A stretch of 63,595 nt of DNA, counting the filler, from Octopus bimaculoides (Eukaryota): the NCBI RefSeq assembly GCF_001194135.2. It is 3 parts of 3 records of this genome, joined end to end, with 100 filler letters (N's around TTAATTAATTAA, not from the genome) between each part and the next. Parts side by side here need not be neighbours in the genome. Positions count along the whole stretch, not along the records: positions 36,525 to 63,595 come from NC_068981.1; 2 more parts are not named here. One strand, 5' to 3'. The notes under the pieces are model-generated. The model made no database searches. It had not been told where the DNA came from and saw only the letters and a program-made list of their open reading frames with translations. Position 1 is the first letter of the stretch; every line of letters starts with the position of its first letter. This document shows, in pieces, positions 37,743 to 52,270 of the stretch. Both the position numbers and the translations under genes were made by a program.

Positions 37743-40499
37743 TTGAGTGTTAAAATGTGTCTTTGTGTTTGTTCCCATCACCGCTTGACAACCAGTGTTG
37801 GCTTGTTTACCTCCCTGTAGCTTAGCGGTTTGGCTTATATTTTCCTTAATATTTCTAATTCATGTGCTGTTGTGTTTTGGAAGATTGTTAGGCCATCATC
37901 TCTATAGAGATTGTTTGAGTGTAGTTAAATATAGTTTTATTAGTTGACATGTTTTCTTTATTTTAACATCATGTGCTTATGTCAAAAAGTTGTTAACTTA
38001 CTTTTTTTACTCAGAGTGAGAATTTCATAAGTGTATTATCATGTCTGTTAGTTAGCTGCTGATGGTTGTGAATCTCTTTGCAAAAATCTGATAAGGAGTT
38101 TCTGGTCAACTATGGGTAGTGTTTAGGTATATCAAGTTGGATTAAGTTGTACAACTTCTTTATTATGTCATTTAACCAGTTGATGATGGTGTACTAGTGT
38201 TCCATCATATTACACCTGGAATTGGCATCTTGAAGGATTATTTTAATTACAATGCTTACATTTTACAGGGTGCTCAGCCTGCATTTGGGGTTTGTTAATA
38301 AATTTATTTCACAAACATGCGTTGTGCTTCTTTCATATGAATATGTGTCAATTAGGCTGATTTCTATTAATTTCTTCAGTTATTTAGCTAACATCATGGA
38401 GCATACCATTTCTTAGGTTTGAAAATATATTTGAGGTTTCCATCTGGCATTTCCACAACCTTTTCCTTTATCTCCTTTGCTATATATTTGACTTCATTTG
38501 AAAAAAATAAATAAATAGATAAGTAAAAACTTCGCATTGAAAGAGAGTTTATTCAAACATAAGTCAAACTTGGCAAACTTGGACATTTTCTTTCATACTC
38601 TTTTATTTCTTTGAGTTATAACTTGCTCTGAAATCTAACATAAATAACTGCACATATTTCTTTGTAACATTTTATTTACATTACCCTCCCAGATTTTATT
38701 TCCTTTTTATTTCTTCCCTTTATTTTTAGCTTATTGTATTTGAATAGCTCTTATAATTTTGTTCCTCTTTGTATGGAGAATTTTTTTTCTTTAAAACTAG
38801 GGAAATAAACTTGTCAGAGAAACCTAGCACAAGAACACTTTTAATGAATACTTCATGCAACACTAACTTGAAAAGTTTCAGTTTGATTTATCCTTTGGTG
38901 ATGTGGTGTGTGTGTGTGTTAAAATACCTTTTCTAACTAGGTGGGGATTTATTGACTAAAAAAAAAATCTTTAATGTATGCATTGCAGTTGTTTCTTATC
39001 ATATGGATAAGATGAGTAAGGCAAATATATTGCATACAATGGAAATGAAATCTAATTCCATATTTCTTTGTTAATAATAGGATTTTTTTTTCTTGTGGGT
39101 GATCTTTTCAAAAATATTGTGCAACAGCAGCAGGCACACCTGATAGAAATGGAATCATTCAAATGAAAGAAGTGCTGTACGTATGTATTAAGGAATGCAA
39201 AAATAAACTGTGAGAAAATATCAGTTATGAATATTTCTTCATGAATTTCACTCTCTTCTATGATTAAATACTTCAATAATAACTATGGAAAAATTAGTGA
39301 ATTTCAGTTTTGGTACAAGACTTCAAATTTTATAAAAGAACCTGTTAGTTACTTTATAGAATACCCAACACCAGAGTTATGAAAGGCAATGTCAGTTTTA
39401 GTCAGATTATGGTTTAAATATAAAAGGATATATCTAGATACATATGTATTTTAGCATAGTTTTCTACCATTTTGTCACTTACAAACTCTGAAAATACATC
39501 GAAAGTCTCTTCCTTGCCATGTTAATCATTCAATCAGAATTGTTTCTTGCAACTCTGGTTAGTAAAAAACAAAACAAAAAAAAAAAAACACAGTTGGCAC
39601 TGCATTGCATGGCCATGAATCAAAATGTCTCTGTAAGTGGAACAGTTGATTGCAATTAGCTGGTTGATTGCAAAGATATGCAAAAGGTGGACACTTAATG
39701 GGATAAAGTACTCTAAAATGAAAAAGAACTGTTGATAGGATTAGATATTTTCTTTAGTTTCCATAAGTTTATTGAATAATAAGATTTGCTTGGAATGTTT
39801 ATATCTGTGTCTGCTAGGGAATTCTTTGAACCATCATGCCTAGTACAATCAGTTGTATATTTTCATATATAAATGTTTCTTGAGTTCTTAAGTACTTCAC
39901 TAAATTATAAAAAGAATTTTTCAAAGTCTCCTTATTTTCCTTGCTTATTCAATCAATTAATTAATTTTACATCTTTCTATTTATTCTTCTTGTCAGTATG
40001 TTTGACTGTGCACAGAATGTACAAATACAGAATTCTTGTAGACTTGTTTCCTGATGTTATCTATTCAAATATCATGAAAATCATAGAAAGCAACCTGTGT
40101 TTAATGTAACAGGAAAAAAGTGTGTATCAGTAAATATGGACAAATCAGAAACTGCCCTGTTTTAGTCTCTCAGTGTTAGACCCAGTGTTGACATTAATCT
40201 TATTAACTGCTGGGAGGATTTGTGTTGTATTTTATACTATTATTTATTTTTTCAAATTACTGACTTTTCTGTCTTTATTTCTTGAAGCAAATATAATCTT
40301 ATTGATGTATATATCAAATTTTCAGATATTACACATTTGCTTCATATTTTTTTTATTTATTTAAATTGAAAGACAATTATTTAGGTTGTTGAGTTATAAT
40401 GCAGGAAAAGAAATGTTGATTTGAAGTTTCATCCATTACTTTCCATCGTAGTCCATTTTTTATTATGAAGATAAATAGCATACTATTTTTGCAGGCTTA

Positions 40500-40711
40500 A
40501 GATTGTAAGCTGGCAGAATCATTAGCACGCCAGGCAAAATGCTTAGTGGTATTTCACCCTTCTTTACGTTCTGAGTTCAAATTCCGCCAAGGTTGACTTT
40601 GCCTTTCATCCTTTTAAGGTTAATAAATTAGGTACCAGTGAAACACTGGAGTTGATGTAATTGACTTACTCTCTGCCCACGAATTTCAGGCCTTGTACCT
40701 ATTATAGAAGG

Positions 40712-40777
<66 letters not shown>

Positions 40778-40975
40778 CCACAGGTAGCGAGCTTAGTGGC
40801 ATTTCATTTGTCTTTACATTCTGAGCTCAGATTCTGCCATGGTCAACTTTGCTTTTCATTTTTTTCAGGGTCAGTAAAATAAGTACCAGTCAAGCACTGG
40901 GGTCAAAGTAATTGACTAGATCCCTTCCTCCAAATTGCTGACCTTGTACCAATGATAGAAAGAATTATCATTATT
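40500..40975 (+). mobile_element. Two head-to-tail SINE family A copies separated by a (TTA)n tail
   Basis: Copy 1 about 40500-40715, (TTA)n 40713-40775, copy 2 about 40780-40975. Confidence 0.8.
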
Positions 40976-41399
40976 ATTACACTCATCAACAGTGCAGTTT
41001 AATGATGCTAGCAGGTACTGTTGCTTGAGAACCTTCTCTAAATCACAGTTTAAGTTTTGAATCCACTTGCTTTAACATTTGTTAGTGCTGCTGTTATTTC
41101 TCTTCACAATGTCACAGGTCAGCAGAGTAAACATCTAAAAAGAAACACTTCAAATAAAAATAAGCTTTGTGAATGTTGCAAAAAAGTAAATAAAAAGGTT
41201 AAAATACAGAATTAACAGCATTAAAAGCACCTTCATAGAACTAAAAGATTTCATCATCACTCATGTAGCAATAATTCAGTAAACAGTCTTACTACTAGTA
41301 TACAGAACACCCACCATTCCAAATTATATTCAAATCAGTCTTGACAGACACTTAACAAAGGTGGTCTTCTAATATAAAACCTTGCATTCAGTATATTTA

Positions 41400-42560
41400 T
41401 AGGTATCACAACATTAATAAACTAAAGGAAACAACACTGCACTAGAAATGCAGGCTTTCAAAATAAAAACTAGCAACACAAAGCACATAAATATAACACA
41501 CACACCATTACCAGCCTCACTAACTGTCCAACCTATTTTCACATCCCCAACCCTAACATCTTAATGCTCTCCCAAGCAACATACTTTGGGAGGCTTCATT
41601 GAACTCAATATTTGGTTTTCAAATGTTGCAGACAACTAAAGAGGTAACAGAATACCATCACAACTACAATAACTCTTCCTAACATCACCTTCTGCTCCAC
41701 ATATCTTACCACAACCACTACTTGGCAAACAATTTCCCATCTTTCCTCAGACCACCTCTCAATTATTACTTCAATGCATTCACACATTAATGATAAAAGC
41801 AAAGGCACTAGCACAAACTTCAAAAAGTAGAATGAAATGTGACCTTCTAAGAAACATAATCAAGTTTTTCCTTATTCAATTATCACCTGCATAGATACTA
41901 TAATACATACAATGAACCAAATAAGTATAGACACATCTATAAAAAAAATGTACCCCACAAGGCACCATAAAAAATAGGCAGTCTCAGTTGCACAACAGAA
42001 ATAGCCAACCTCATAAAAACCAGATTCAACCATAAATACAATACACCAAAGCTACATAGAACTGAAATAGGATTCAAGAGTAAGCTAAACAAAGACACTA
42101 ACAAAACTAAAAACAAACCGTAGTAAAACAGAAAAATGGCAGAAATTTGTGTCTGTTATTAAGTGCAATGCTTATAGTGAAATACTGTTTGAAGTAATTA
42201 GCAACATTAGTATCAGTTGGTCACACCATACCTTGTGTCATAATGACAATTTCATAAACTCACTCTGCAAACCAAGCAAACACCTTTTCAGACATTACTC
42301 AAGAATCTACCACCATGAACCAGACAGCAAATGAATGTAAAATGAAAACTATGGCCACCATCTCCCTAAGCCATGATTTTAACCTTTATGTTCCATTAGT
42401 CACCTAAGAAGGAATAGGAAAAATCTAAAAACTCAAAAGCCTCAAGACTAGACAAAATCACAGACATGCACTTAAGAACATTTTGGACCAAAAAGAATTA
42501 TTGGATTTACCAACATCTACAACTATTCAAACCAGCACTGTCAAATTCTTGTAATGATTC
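41400..42560 (+). mobile_element. Decayed LINE ORF2 fragment (endonuclease end to RT start)
   Basis: TWQTISHLSSDHLSII (SDH motif) and SKNSKASRLDKITDMHL (K.S.G.D.I motif). Confidence 0.55.
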
Positions 42561-43171
42561 TTTTTCTATGTGTTTCTGTGCTGTGCACTTACTAGATGAG
42601 GAAGGTCCTATTGGTATATATATAAATGTATAAACAAATGATGTAACGTATACTGAATGTAAAAACAGAATGTAAAAACAGAAGGTCCATGATTCTTCAT
42701 CAGTTATTGACCAATTGGTAATATTCAGTTTCACACATTCAGCAATAAGACCGAGTGCTTCCCAATTGGTGGTGCCCGCAAAAAAAAAAGAGTTTTCTTG
42801 TGCAGAATTAGGGACAAGATCAAACAAAACAAGCAAAATGACACAGAGAGTGTGATTTAGGATGGTGGATGAGGATGAACAGTCAAACAAAATACAGCCT
42901 TGGGGCCAAGGAGATGAGAATAGTGGGTAACACTTAGAAAATGTCTTGAAGGATAGAGAACAGAGAGACAGAGAATTTGCAACAGGTCAGCTATGGAACC
43001 AGCGTAAGAAAGGAAGACAAAGGGGAACTGGCTACTGGTCATGTGACAGCAACAAGGAGAGGAGAAAGACACACACACACTCACACATATATATCTGATC
43101 ATAACAAGTTAAGATATTACCTCTGTTTTTTAATACCAGTATGTCAGAGAAAGAAATATTTCTCTCTTTAA

Positions 43172-43390
43172 CCCTTTAGCATTCACATTATTTTGTCAAA
43201 AGTAATGGTAATTTATTCACATTGTTTTGAATTAGTCATGCTTTATTTTGTAGCTTTGAGATTTTGATGAGGTAACTGCTAATCTTTAGAATGATATTGT
43301 GGGGTTGTCATGAGAAGTAGACCTGACTTGTGTAAGCATTAAATAGATAGAATATTTTGGCTGGACATGGCCAGTTTAAATGCTAAAGGG
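43172..43390. mobile_element. piggyBac-type MITE
   Basis: TIRs CCCTTTAGCATT / AATGCTAAAGGG flanked by TTAA on both sides. Confidence 0.8.
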
Positions 43391-44884
43391 TTAAACTGGT
43401 TTGCTTGTCAGTTACTTCACCTTAACTACTTGAGCATGTCCCTTAGTAGCTGACAATATGCACAGCTCTGATGATGAGCAGGAGTAGTGGGGGAGCATCA
43501 TAGCTTTGTGTTGAAAGGGATTCTTTGGGGGTCTGAATAAATATTGTAACAAAAGCAAAGTTTGAAGGAAATATTTGCCATTTTTCATGCTTTCATAGGC
43601 AAAGAGGAAATGACAATTGCTACCCAAGCACAAATCATGTTACACAGTGTTATTGTTAAACATGTGAGCCATGTATTTATATTCACTTGACAATCTCTGA
43701 GAATTATATATTTTACATCATTGTTATATACATAAGTTGTCAGCCATCTACATTTTATAAAGTATGTCTATTCAGTTTGGTGGCTTGTTTATCTGTGGGA
43801 AGCCTGGACCCTCAATAAACTGAGCTTTGAAAAAGCCATAAGATCACCTATCTATTGATTTAGTCGAGCTATACAAGATGAAAACTTATACATCCTGTCT
43901 GGATTTTTTCATAATTGTTAACTTAACTATTTTAAAATATTACCCATAGAAGGATTCTCATTAACAGAAATCAAGCTATATACTGTTTTGATTCCAAATG
44001 TCTGCTTTTTTTTTTTTTCTGTTATCTGCATGCACCAGTCTCCATAAACAATTTGTCTAAATTTGGTCTACACTGCAAAAACAGTTTCTACACTATAGTT
44101 TGTTTATACTTTGCACCATTATTGTTTTTAGCTTTCTGCGGTTAAGAAACCGACCTCACTCACTTCAACAAATATAACATGGCCATCATAACAGTAAGAG
44201 CATCTGTTGGTATTAATTTGTCTTCCTGTCCACAATTTCTTTTTTTTTTTTTTTACCAGCATAACATTTCTTCCCTACTTAAAGATGATTTTTAGAAGAA
44301 TATCTTTCTAGCTGGTCCTCTGTAAATTACTATCATTGTTGTCATCTTATTTTTCTTGTCATTTTTTTCTTTTTTTCTGGTTTTGATTTTTATGACTACA
44401 TTCGTCATACATAGTTATCTCTCTCACCATAATTTACATGATAAATTCCCATTATATTAACTCATAAATATGAGTCATCTTAACTGTCTGGAGTTCAAGT
44501 TTTATCTATATGCATGACTCTCCTCATTGCCGTAACTGTTTCCAGATACTACTCTCTATATATTCACTTAGTAATTTTAATATATAAATGATAATAATGA
44601 TAATAGTAATAACAAAAATGATAATTATTAAGATATATATTTATATATATGTAAATTTTTGTGCATTCTGATAGGAAAACATATTAAGCATGCAAAACAG
44701 AAAAATGAGTGTAACTGTTATAAATATATAGTAATTATATAGATACAGTAGATTTTCAGGTATTAAAGAAAAATTACATTCAGAATATGAACAAAATATA
44801 AAGAAAAATAGTTAAACTAACCAAGGATGCAACACAACTACTTTTACAGATTTAAAAAAATATATATTGCCCATGTTAACCAAG

Positions 44885-44928
<44 letters not shown>

Positions 44929-45454
44929 ATGCATGCACATTAAGACTATCAGACAGATTATTAGTCTCACATAGGATTCTGTGGAAGGGACACCTTAGAA
45001 AATGAAGTGGTTGCCGTATACTGGCTACTTCAGTGAATCTACTGATTTGTTTCATAATTAGTTGTTTGTTGACAGTAGGCAAGGCATACTCACTCTGCAA
45101 CTATTCCAGTTTTGTGCGTCCATGATAGAAGATGAAATCGTAAGTTTGAGTATATACCAGAAGCAAAACCACGTAGCTAGATGCCTCCACAGGCATATCC
45201 TTTAGCATTGTAATACAGAAGCCATAAATTTCTATCAGCTTGAGTCTGAAAAACTGCAGAGTAAGCTGAACTGACAGTTTTTCAGAATATGGGAGCTCAT
45301 ATAATTAGCAAATATTGACCAACTAAATTATTGTCATAAAAGACTACAAACACAAAGTATGTATGGTAAGCAATGTATTGTGAACAAAAGTATATCACTC
45401 AGATACACTAAGGTTTATTGCAAAGATCTGATAGAAAATGAGTGAAATTGTAGT

Positions 45455-46018
45455 CGTGGCTAATGCCAGTGCTGCCTGACTGGTACCGGTTCTGGTGGCA
45501 TGTAAAAAGCACCATTTGAGCGTGACTGATGCCATTTCCCCCTGACTGGCTCCCATGCTGGTGGCACATAAAAAGCACCATTCAAGTGTGGCCAATACCA
45601 GTTCTACCTGACTGGCATGCATGCTGGTGGTATGTAAAAAGCACCATTTGAGTGTGGTCAATGCCAGTGTCACCTGACTGGCACCCATACCAGTGTCACC
45701 TGACTGGCACCCATGCCAGTGACACATAAAGAGCACCGTTCGAGCGTGGTCGCTGTCAGTGCTGCCTGAATGGCTCCTGTGCCTGTGGAACATAAAAAGC
45801 TCCATTTGAGCATGGCCAGTTACAGTGCCGCTTGACTGGCACGTAAAAAGCACCCACTACACTCTCAGAGTGGTTGGCATTAGGAAGGGCATTCAGCTGT
45901 AGAAACCTTGCCAGATCAGATTGGAGCTTGATGCATCCTCCCAGTTTGCCAGTCCTCAGTCAAACCATCCAACCCATGCCAGCATGGAAAGCAGACATTA
46001 AACATTGATGATGACGAT
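45455..46018 (+). mobile_element. SINE family E with an internal array of about 66-bp tandem units
   Basis: Units at 45465, 45531, 45597 and 45663, then GGCACGTAAAAAGCACCCACTACACTC...TAGGAAGGGCATTCAGCTGTAGAAAC and a (GAT)n tail. Confidence 0.75.
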
Positions 46019-47339
46019 AATGCTTTTATTTTTTATTATTTATGTAGGTCTGATGTGTTATCAGATTCCTAGAGATGAGGCAGATGGTAGTTTTGTGGTG
46101 TGGTTGTCTTTCTCAAAGTTGTAACATTTAGTTGGGATTGAAAACTAAACTTTGAATTCAGTTTGCTGAAGCTTGATGTCTGTAACACAGCACATGCCAC
46201 AATAAAACAAATTATGATCTCTTATGACTAATATAAAGTTCTTTTAATAGAACAAAAAGGGTATTTCTAGAAAATCAGACAGACGAAGTAATGGCCATAC
46301 CATTAAAATGTTTACTTGGCAGTAATGTGTTTCTGTATTTATTTCATTGCACAACACCTTAGGCAAGTGTATTCAACTATAATTTGGATGCCTAAAGGTT
46401 AAGTAGCCTTTCATGTAAATAATTTCCTACCAAAGAATGTTGACTCTGTGTTTAAAAATATTTAGGTTAATTTCAGTTATCAGTTGAATTTAGATATTTG
46501 ACTAATCTGTAGAATTTCAACCATTACAAATATCAATGAATTTCAACTCCTGTATTGAGGCTGGTTGAATTTTTACCTTTAATTATTTAATTATTTTAGT
46601 TTATTTGATACCACTTAACTCAAACTTCATAGCAAACAAAATGCTGTTAATAGTTGCATTTTTTAAACTCTGGTTTATGCTTTAACCTCCAGATTAATTA
46701 AGAAAATGGCTTCAAAAAAGGATTAGATTGGGGGAATATATTTATACAGTATCTCAGCTGAATAGATTTAAATATTCAGTTCATTTCTTTAATATTTTGG
46801 ATTGTTTATTACTTGGCAGTATCATAAGAATTCTCTTGACAACCATAAATAGGATTAATTTAAATTAAAGCATTGAAGTTGCATTGAGGTTTAGTTCTTC
46901 TTTCTCTGTTTCTACATTTTCTAAACTCATGATGACTTGCAGCAATCACAGCCTGCCTCCTTTGAAAATGAAAATCCAAATGTTTTTTTGTCATTGTTTT
47001 CAATATTTGGCATTTTTTATTTAGCTAACAAAATTTTCTGCACTGGCTGCCATTGAAGTGTTACCTTCAAGTTATGTCAGAGTGTGTGTATTATGTGTAA
47101 TGTATGTGTAGGTTTGTGCACCTTCTTCCCTTTTCTTCATTTCCATTCGATGCTGTACTACATGTCATTCCGTCCTTCAGTGTTTCCTGGAGTTTATCAG
47201 TTTTTCTGGGAAAATTCTTATTCACTCAACCCTTCTTCATTTCTGGAGAAAGGATTATTGTCATTTTTCCTCCATGTCTCTTCTCACACTGCAAAATAGC
47301 TGATTTAGTGAAAGAACAAGAGATAATTAGCCTCAATAC

Positions 47340-47470
47340 TTGACTGGTATTTTTTTTAGCAACCCTTTGAGGATAAAAATCAAAGTTAACCTTGGCAGGA
47401 TTTGAACTGAAAGCAGAAAGAGCCAGAATAAATACTACAAAGCAACACTCTGCAAATTCACTTGATGTAA
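47340..47470 (-). mobile_element. SINE family A fragment
   Basis: Reverse complement GTTCAAATCCTGCCAAGGTTAACTTTG...AATACCAGTCAAG. Confidence 0.6.
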
Positions 47471-47605
47471 TTTTTATTGATGCTTTACGTTGCAAACAAT
47501 AAGTTGTTATTTCAAGTGTCAACACAGCATTAGGATGACTTCCTTACAATCAGTATCTGATCCTGGTCTGTTTGTTATATTGAATATGTATCTTTACCTT
47601 TACAG

Positions 47606-47752
47606 ATCTTCAGTAAAGTCAAAGTTTCTAGCTGCATACTGTTAATATTTAGTGCTTTCTTGATAGGTTTAATAATTGTACATTCATGTTGTTGGAGCAG
47701 ACTTGAGTGTCATGACCCCTCAGAGATTATTTCTAATATCCCTGTTTCTGGA
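47606..47752 (+). other. Candidate coding exon with a transmembrane-like segment
   Basis: TCTTTACCTTTACAG acceptor; open frame IFSKVKVSSCILLIFSAFLIGLIIVHSCCWSRLECHDPSEIISNIPVSG; GTTAGT donor. No homology recognised; conflicts with nearby minus-strand candidates. Confidence 0.2.
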
Positions 47753-47866
47753 GTTAGTGTATGTTTGGCATGAGGTGGCTAGGTTGCATATGAATGACAC
47801 CCAGACTAGAAGTTTTAGTTGGAATCATGCACTTTGCAAAGGGTGTTGTGCTGTTGGAGGCAGTAC

Positions 47867-48001
47867 CATGTAGGTCCTTGGTATAGAAGAATGTAATAGG
47901 CAAAACAAAAACTTGGAGCACACCAGAGTTGTCCATGTGGGACAAAAAGAGCCCCATTTTCCCTGAAGTTAACAGGATTAATCCTTGATTGTTCGATACT
48001 T
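47867..48001 (-). other. Candidate symmetric 135-nt exon
   Basis: TTTTTCTTGATTTTCCATGTTCAG acceptor and ATG|GTACTG donor; open in two frames. Confidence 0.2.
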
Positions 48002-51000
48002 CTGAACATGGAAAATCAAGAAAAATATCTATCTTTTTTGTTATATATTTAAATTCAGTCTTATCCATTCAAAATATAATACAAAATTCTCTTCAGACTT
48101 TGAGCTTATTCTCTTATTCTTCTGTTTCTATCCTTAAAATAATGTTACTAAAAATTTATTCTCAATTTTGGTGTGTTATTCCAGACTACATTAAATAATC
48201 TGACCTTAGCTCTGTCTTACCAGCTGTTATAAGGTATTTTCTTAAAATTGAAATCTTGACGGAAATCTCATCCATACGTAAAAAAAATAGGGAGATTTCA
48301 ATCAGCAAAAACATAGTTGTTCTTTCCTGTATAGACTTTGTATTAAGTTCTAAAACCAGCTGTTCTTTACCTCCAGATCAGCTCTGATTAAACTATGCTG
48401 TGATCTAGTCAGTGGTACTGAAGCTGTGACCATCCTGCCTTTTATTCAGGAATAGTTTAACTAAGGCTGCATTATCCAGTGTGTTCTTCCATTTCTTTTT
48501 TTTTTTTTCTTTTTTTCTTTTTTTCAAATGTCAGGATGTGATTTAAAGAAGATATGACTGTTGATTTTAGCAAGTTGAGCAAGCACACAGAAGGTTCTTC
48601 CTTGGCTTAACACCAGTAAATGTAGGAAAAATAGGTGGGGGTGGAGAGAAAGCTATAACTATGTCAGTTTTTATTTCATACAATATACTCCTGTGAGAAA
48701 CATGAAAATTCTACCATTTTACTTGACATTTCATTCAATTTTGCCAGTTTCTATCATAAAAGCTGGTGAGATGTAATAATATAAAGAAATTGTATCATAA
48801 GTCTAGTTCTGAGAACTAGAATTACTGGGTTTTGTGATATGAAGAAAGTAAGAGATAGATTTGTACCTGAATACAGAAGTATTCTTTTACAGGGTTGATT
48901 CCTAGAAGATCAGGCACCTCTAACTGCAGCATATATGAACTGACGCCTTATGAGCAGGTAGTCTTATACTTTATCTACTCAGATATTTTTCTTATGCCAA
49001 TTACAACTAAAATAATTATGTCAAACACTCACCTTATTTAGTCTTATAGATTATAGTTTTACTATTTTTCTTATTATCATTTCCTAGAATCTTTATAAAA
49101 TATCTCATTCAATAAGAAAGAATTTGAAATTTTAATACATTGATCAATTGTTCATGTTATAATCTCATATTTCTCTATTTTGGAACTAGAATTGCATTTC
49201 TAGAAGAAGAAAAAATTATGGAATATTCAGCTTGAAGATCTGAATAGAAAATGGATTTTAAAAATAGAAAAATTTGACGAAGTAGAATCAGTCATATCAT
49301 CATGATGGGTTTTTGTTAACAAAACAATATGCAATCTGAATTGGTTTCTTCTTGGAGAACCACATTTTATTCCAGTGGATCTATTAATAACTAATTACCT
49401 GATTAGCACATGTACTTCTGTCTCTTAGTAGTATTCTTTTTTTAATGAGGATTTAGTTTTAAAATGAAATAAAATAAAATTAAACACTCAATTTACACTA
49501 ACAATGTGATATTAAGACAAAATGTATTTTACATGAAACCTGATAATGCTGAAGGTCAAAAAAAAAAAAAGAAAGATGAAAATAGTTAATCAGTTAAATC
49601 ACATTCCTAGTCATTGAAAATTTTAATGAAACTCAAAATTGATTCTGGAATTACCACTTTCACTAATTTCTAATATCCTTTCGATTATCTCTAAAAATAA
49701 AAAATGAATGAAGATGTTGATGTTTTGTACATTATAGATCAAAGTTCAGTTCATAGAGGTAATTGCAGTTAGGACATAGAAATGGGTAGAGTAGATGTTA
49801 TTCACTAGCTGTCAGTGATCTTAATTAAATGTAGATGGTCTTATCTACAACAACTTCTTCGAGTTACCTTATATTAAATTAGTTGGCTAAAAGTCTACTA
49901 ATCTAATGTTAAGCCTTAAAGTTGTCTTTGGTTCTTTGATATAAATATCTTTGCTTGCTACTGCTAATTACTTACTCTCCAAAGAGATTGTGCTTGAAAG
50001 ACAACGGAACTTTGTCGTAAATATAATAATATATCCACTGTCATCTGATAGATTGCAGTCTGTGTCAGTGGTGGTAATCCAGTAAAAAGATTTCAGGTAC
50101 CCCCCCACCCCCCAAAAAAACCCTTTACAGTATATAGTTTTTAGTTTTTCACTATATGGATGAAATATAAGAGTATGAGTTCAGTGTTTCAGGCAGTGCA
50201 TCTTTGATGAGTAAGAGGAGAGAGAAAAATTATCTGGAAGGGAAAATGTTTTACTTCTCTCCTTCTCTGCCAAAGGAGCACTGTGCAAAACATCAAGCTT
50301 AGTCATATTTTATTCTTTCAGGATCATCAAAGAGATATTTGCAAGAACTGACTTGTAACATACAGAAGTTATTCTGATAGTAATAAACACATTAGTAATA
50401 CTGAGAAAATGATTGGTCACCAAGGGAGCTTCTATGACGTTGCTTAACTTGCTGGAAAATAGTAGTCAAATTTTCTGCAATTCACACACTGCTGATGTTA
50501 AGAAGGAAAGAGTACATTAATTAGCGCTATCCCACATATTATTAAAAAGACAGACTAGTGAGTGTTCTATTGAGATAGATTATAGGTCTGTTTGATAGTG
50601 TTTACTTATGGTTAACCAACAGCTGATACACTAATTTAGTGAGTTGAAAAATAAGAACTAAGTCTCTTAGCAACAAAGTCTTTGATTAATTTCACTTTGT
50701 GGTGAGAAGTATCTGACTTTACTTATAGTGTCAGAAAAATGATGAAAATCAAATTACCTCATTGTCTCCTTATCTATAAAGCAGGTACCATGTGATTAGT
50801 TTCTAATTTATAAATGATTTAATGCAATTCCAAAACTGCATTTAAAATATTTACGAGATGACAATTTTCAGTTTGACACAAGTAGAGTCTCTCTCATGAA
50901 AAATGAGATTTATCAGATAGGCTCTCAGTTCTTGCTAGGACATCAGTATAATCATATAAAAACAAGTCATTCTATATTGTTTTGTTCAGTGAACCTGAAA

Positions 51001-51999
51001 ATAATTTCCTTTAATAGACATGAGAATGACCTCACTAATAGCCTTTTCATAGCTTTGAATACTATCATGGTCTTTAATCACATGCTAAATACTTAGCCAA
51101 TATTTTCACCTTAAGCCTCTTCATATACATTGGAACATTCAATAAGTTGTTTCATTGCTTTAATCTTTCCTTTTATTAGAACCATAAATTTTTAAGAACA
51201 TAAATATTATTGATGAGAATTGTATTGAAATATGTATTAACATTATGCTAAGAATAATGTTCACAATATATTAGCCATAATCACTGCTTTTTTTTAGATT
51301 CCTTATTCAATTTTTATAGCTGATAGTATCATTCAGAAATCATCTATGACCCAGTCACTGATTCTTTTGCTGTGATTATTAAAATTCTATCTTAAATACC
51401 TGGAAAGATAATTATTTTAATTACAGTGCAGCACCTCCAAAATGTTGCTAGCTACCAGTAGTCTTATCCACTTGATCAAAATTTATAAACTTATTGTAAT
51501 ACAAGAAGTCTTTCTATTTTTATCCAAAAATTGTTTATTATTTTACTAAATCTGATGAATTATTGTAAAGTGGCAGTTTTAATAAGTATCTGAAATCATT
51601 CCACATAACTTCAGTTGTCAATACTTTTGTTAAGAAAAATCTTTTCCTTCATCTCTCAGAATCAATTGAATGAATCACATTTTGATGCTTGCTGCTAATT
51701 TGGAAGTCAGACAACCTGACAAAGTTTATTACCCATGCATACGGTGATCATCATCCTAATCTATATTTTTATATTCATTTTTCTTCTGTAGACTAAGGAA
51801 AGGAGTTTGTGGCAATAGTCTTTACAGGCCATTCTAAACTTCTCCAATTTCATATTTGTAAGAAAAATTTGGGCTCCAGAAGGTCTATAGTTTTAGAGAA
51901 AATAGTTTTGAGCAAAGAGTTCAAAGTAAATCTTTGATCAAAACACATTATTGACAGTAATGATTGGAAGGACTGCTACAGTAGTGGTGAAAGTGATAT

Positions 52000-52270
52000 C
52001 ATCATCATCATCATCATCATTTAACATCCATTGTCTATGCTGGCATAAGTTGAATGGTTTGACCAGACCAGAGCTGGAGGGGGGGGCACCAGACTCCAGT
52101 CTGATTTGGCATGGTTTCTACAGCTGGATGCCTGTCCTAACACCAACCCCTTTATAGAGTGTGTTGGATGCTTTTGCGTAATACTGCACAGGCACTTTTA
52201 CATGGCACTGCTTGGGCACTTTTATGTGGCACTGCATGGGTGCTTTTATGTGGCACTGCATGGGTGCTTC
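52000..52270 (-). mobile_element. SINE family E copy with 24-bp internal tandem repeats
   Basis: (CAT)n tail, CATGGTTTCTACAGCTGGATGCC, and three GCACTTTTAYRTGGCACTGC units at about 52190-52265. Confidence 0.7.

Noticed and set aside
42507-42890. 127-aa minus-strand ORF with an apparent signal peptide
   Set aside because: Its 3' end overlaps a plus-strand LINE remnant, the signal-like part resembles a polypyrimidine tract, and no homology was recognised. A small exon ending at the GTAAGT near 42589 cannot be excluded.
45465-45845. CRISPR-like periodic repeat
   Set aside because: Eukaryotic context; whole units are homologous with no unique spacers; no cas genes.
45395-45853. 152-aa minus-strand ORF with repeated motifs
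   Set aside because: Antisense read-through of the 66-bp (multiple of 3) array inside a SINE.
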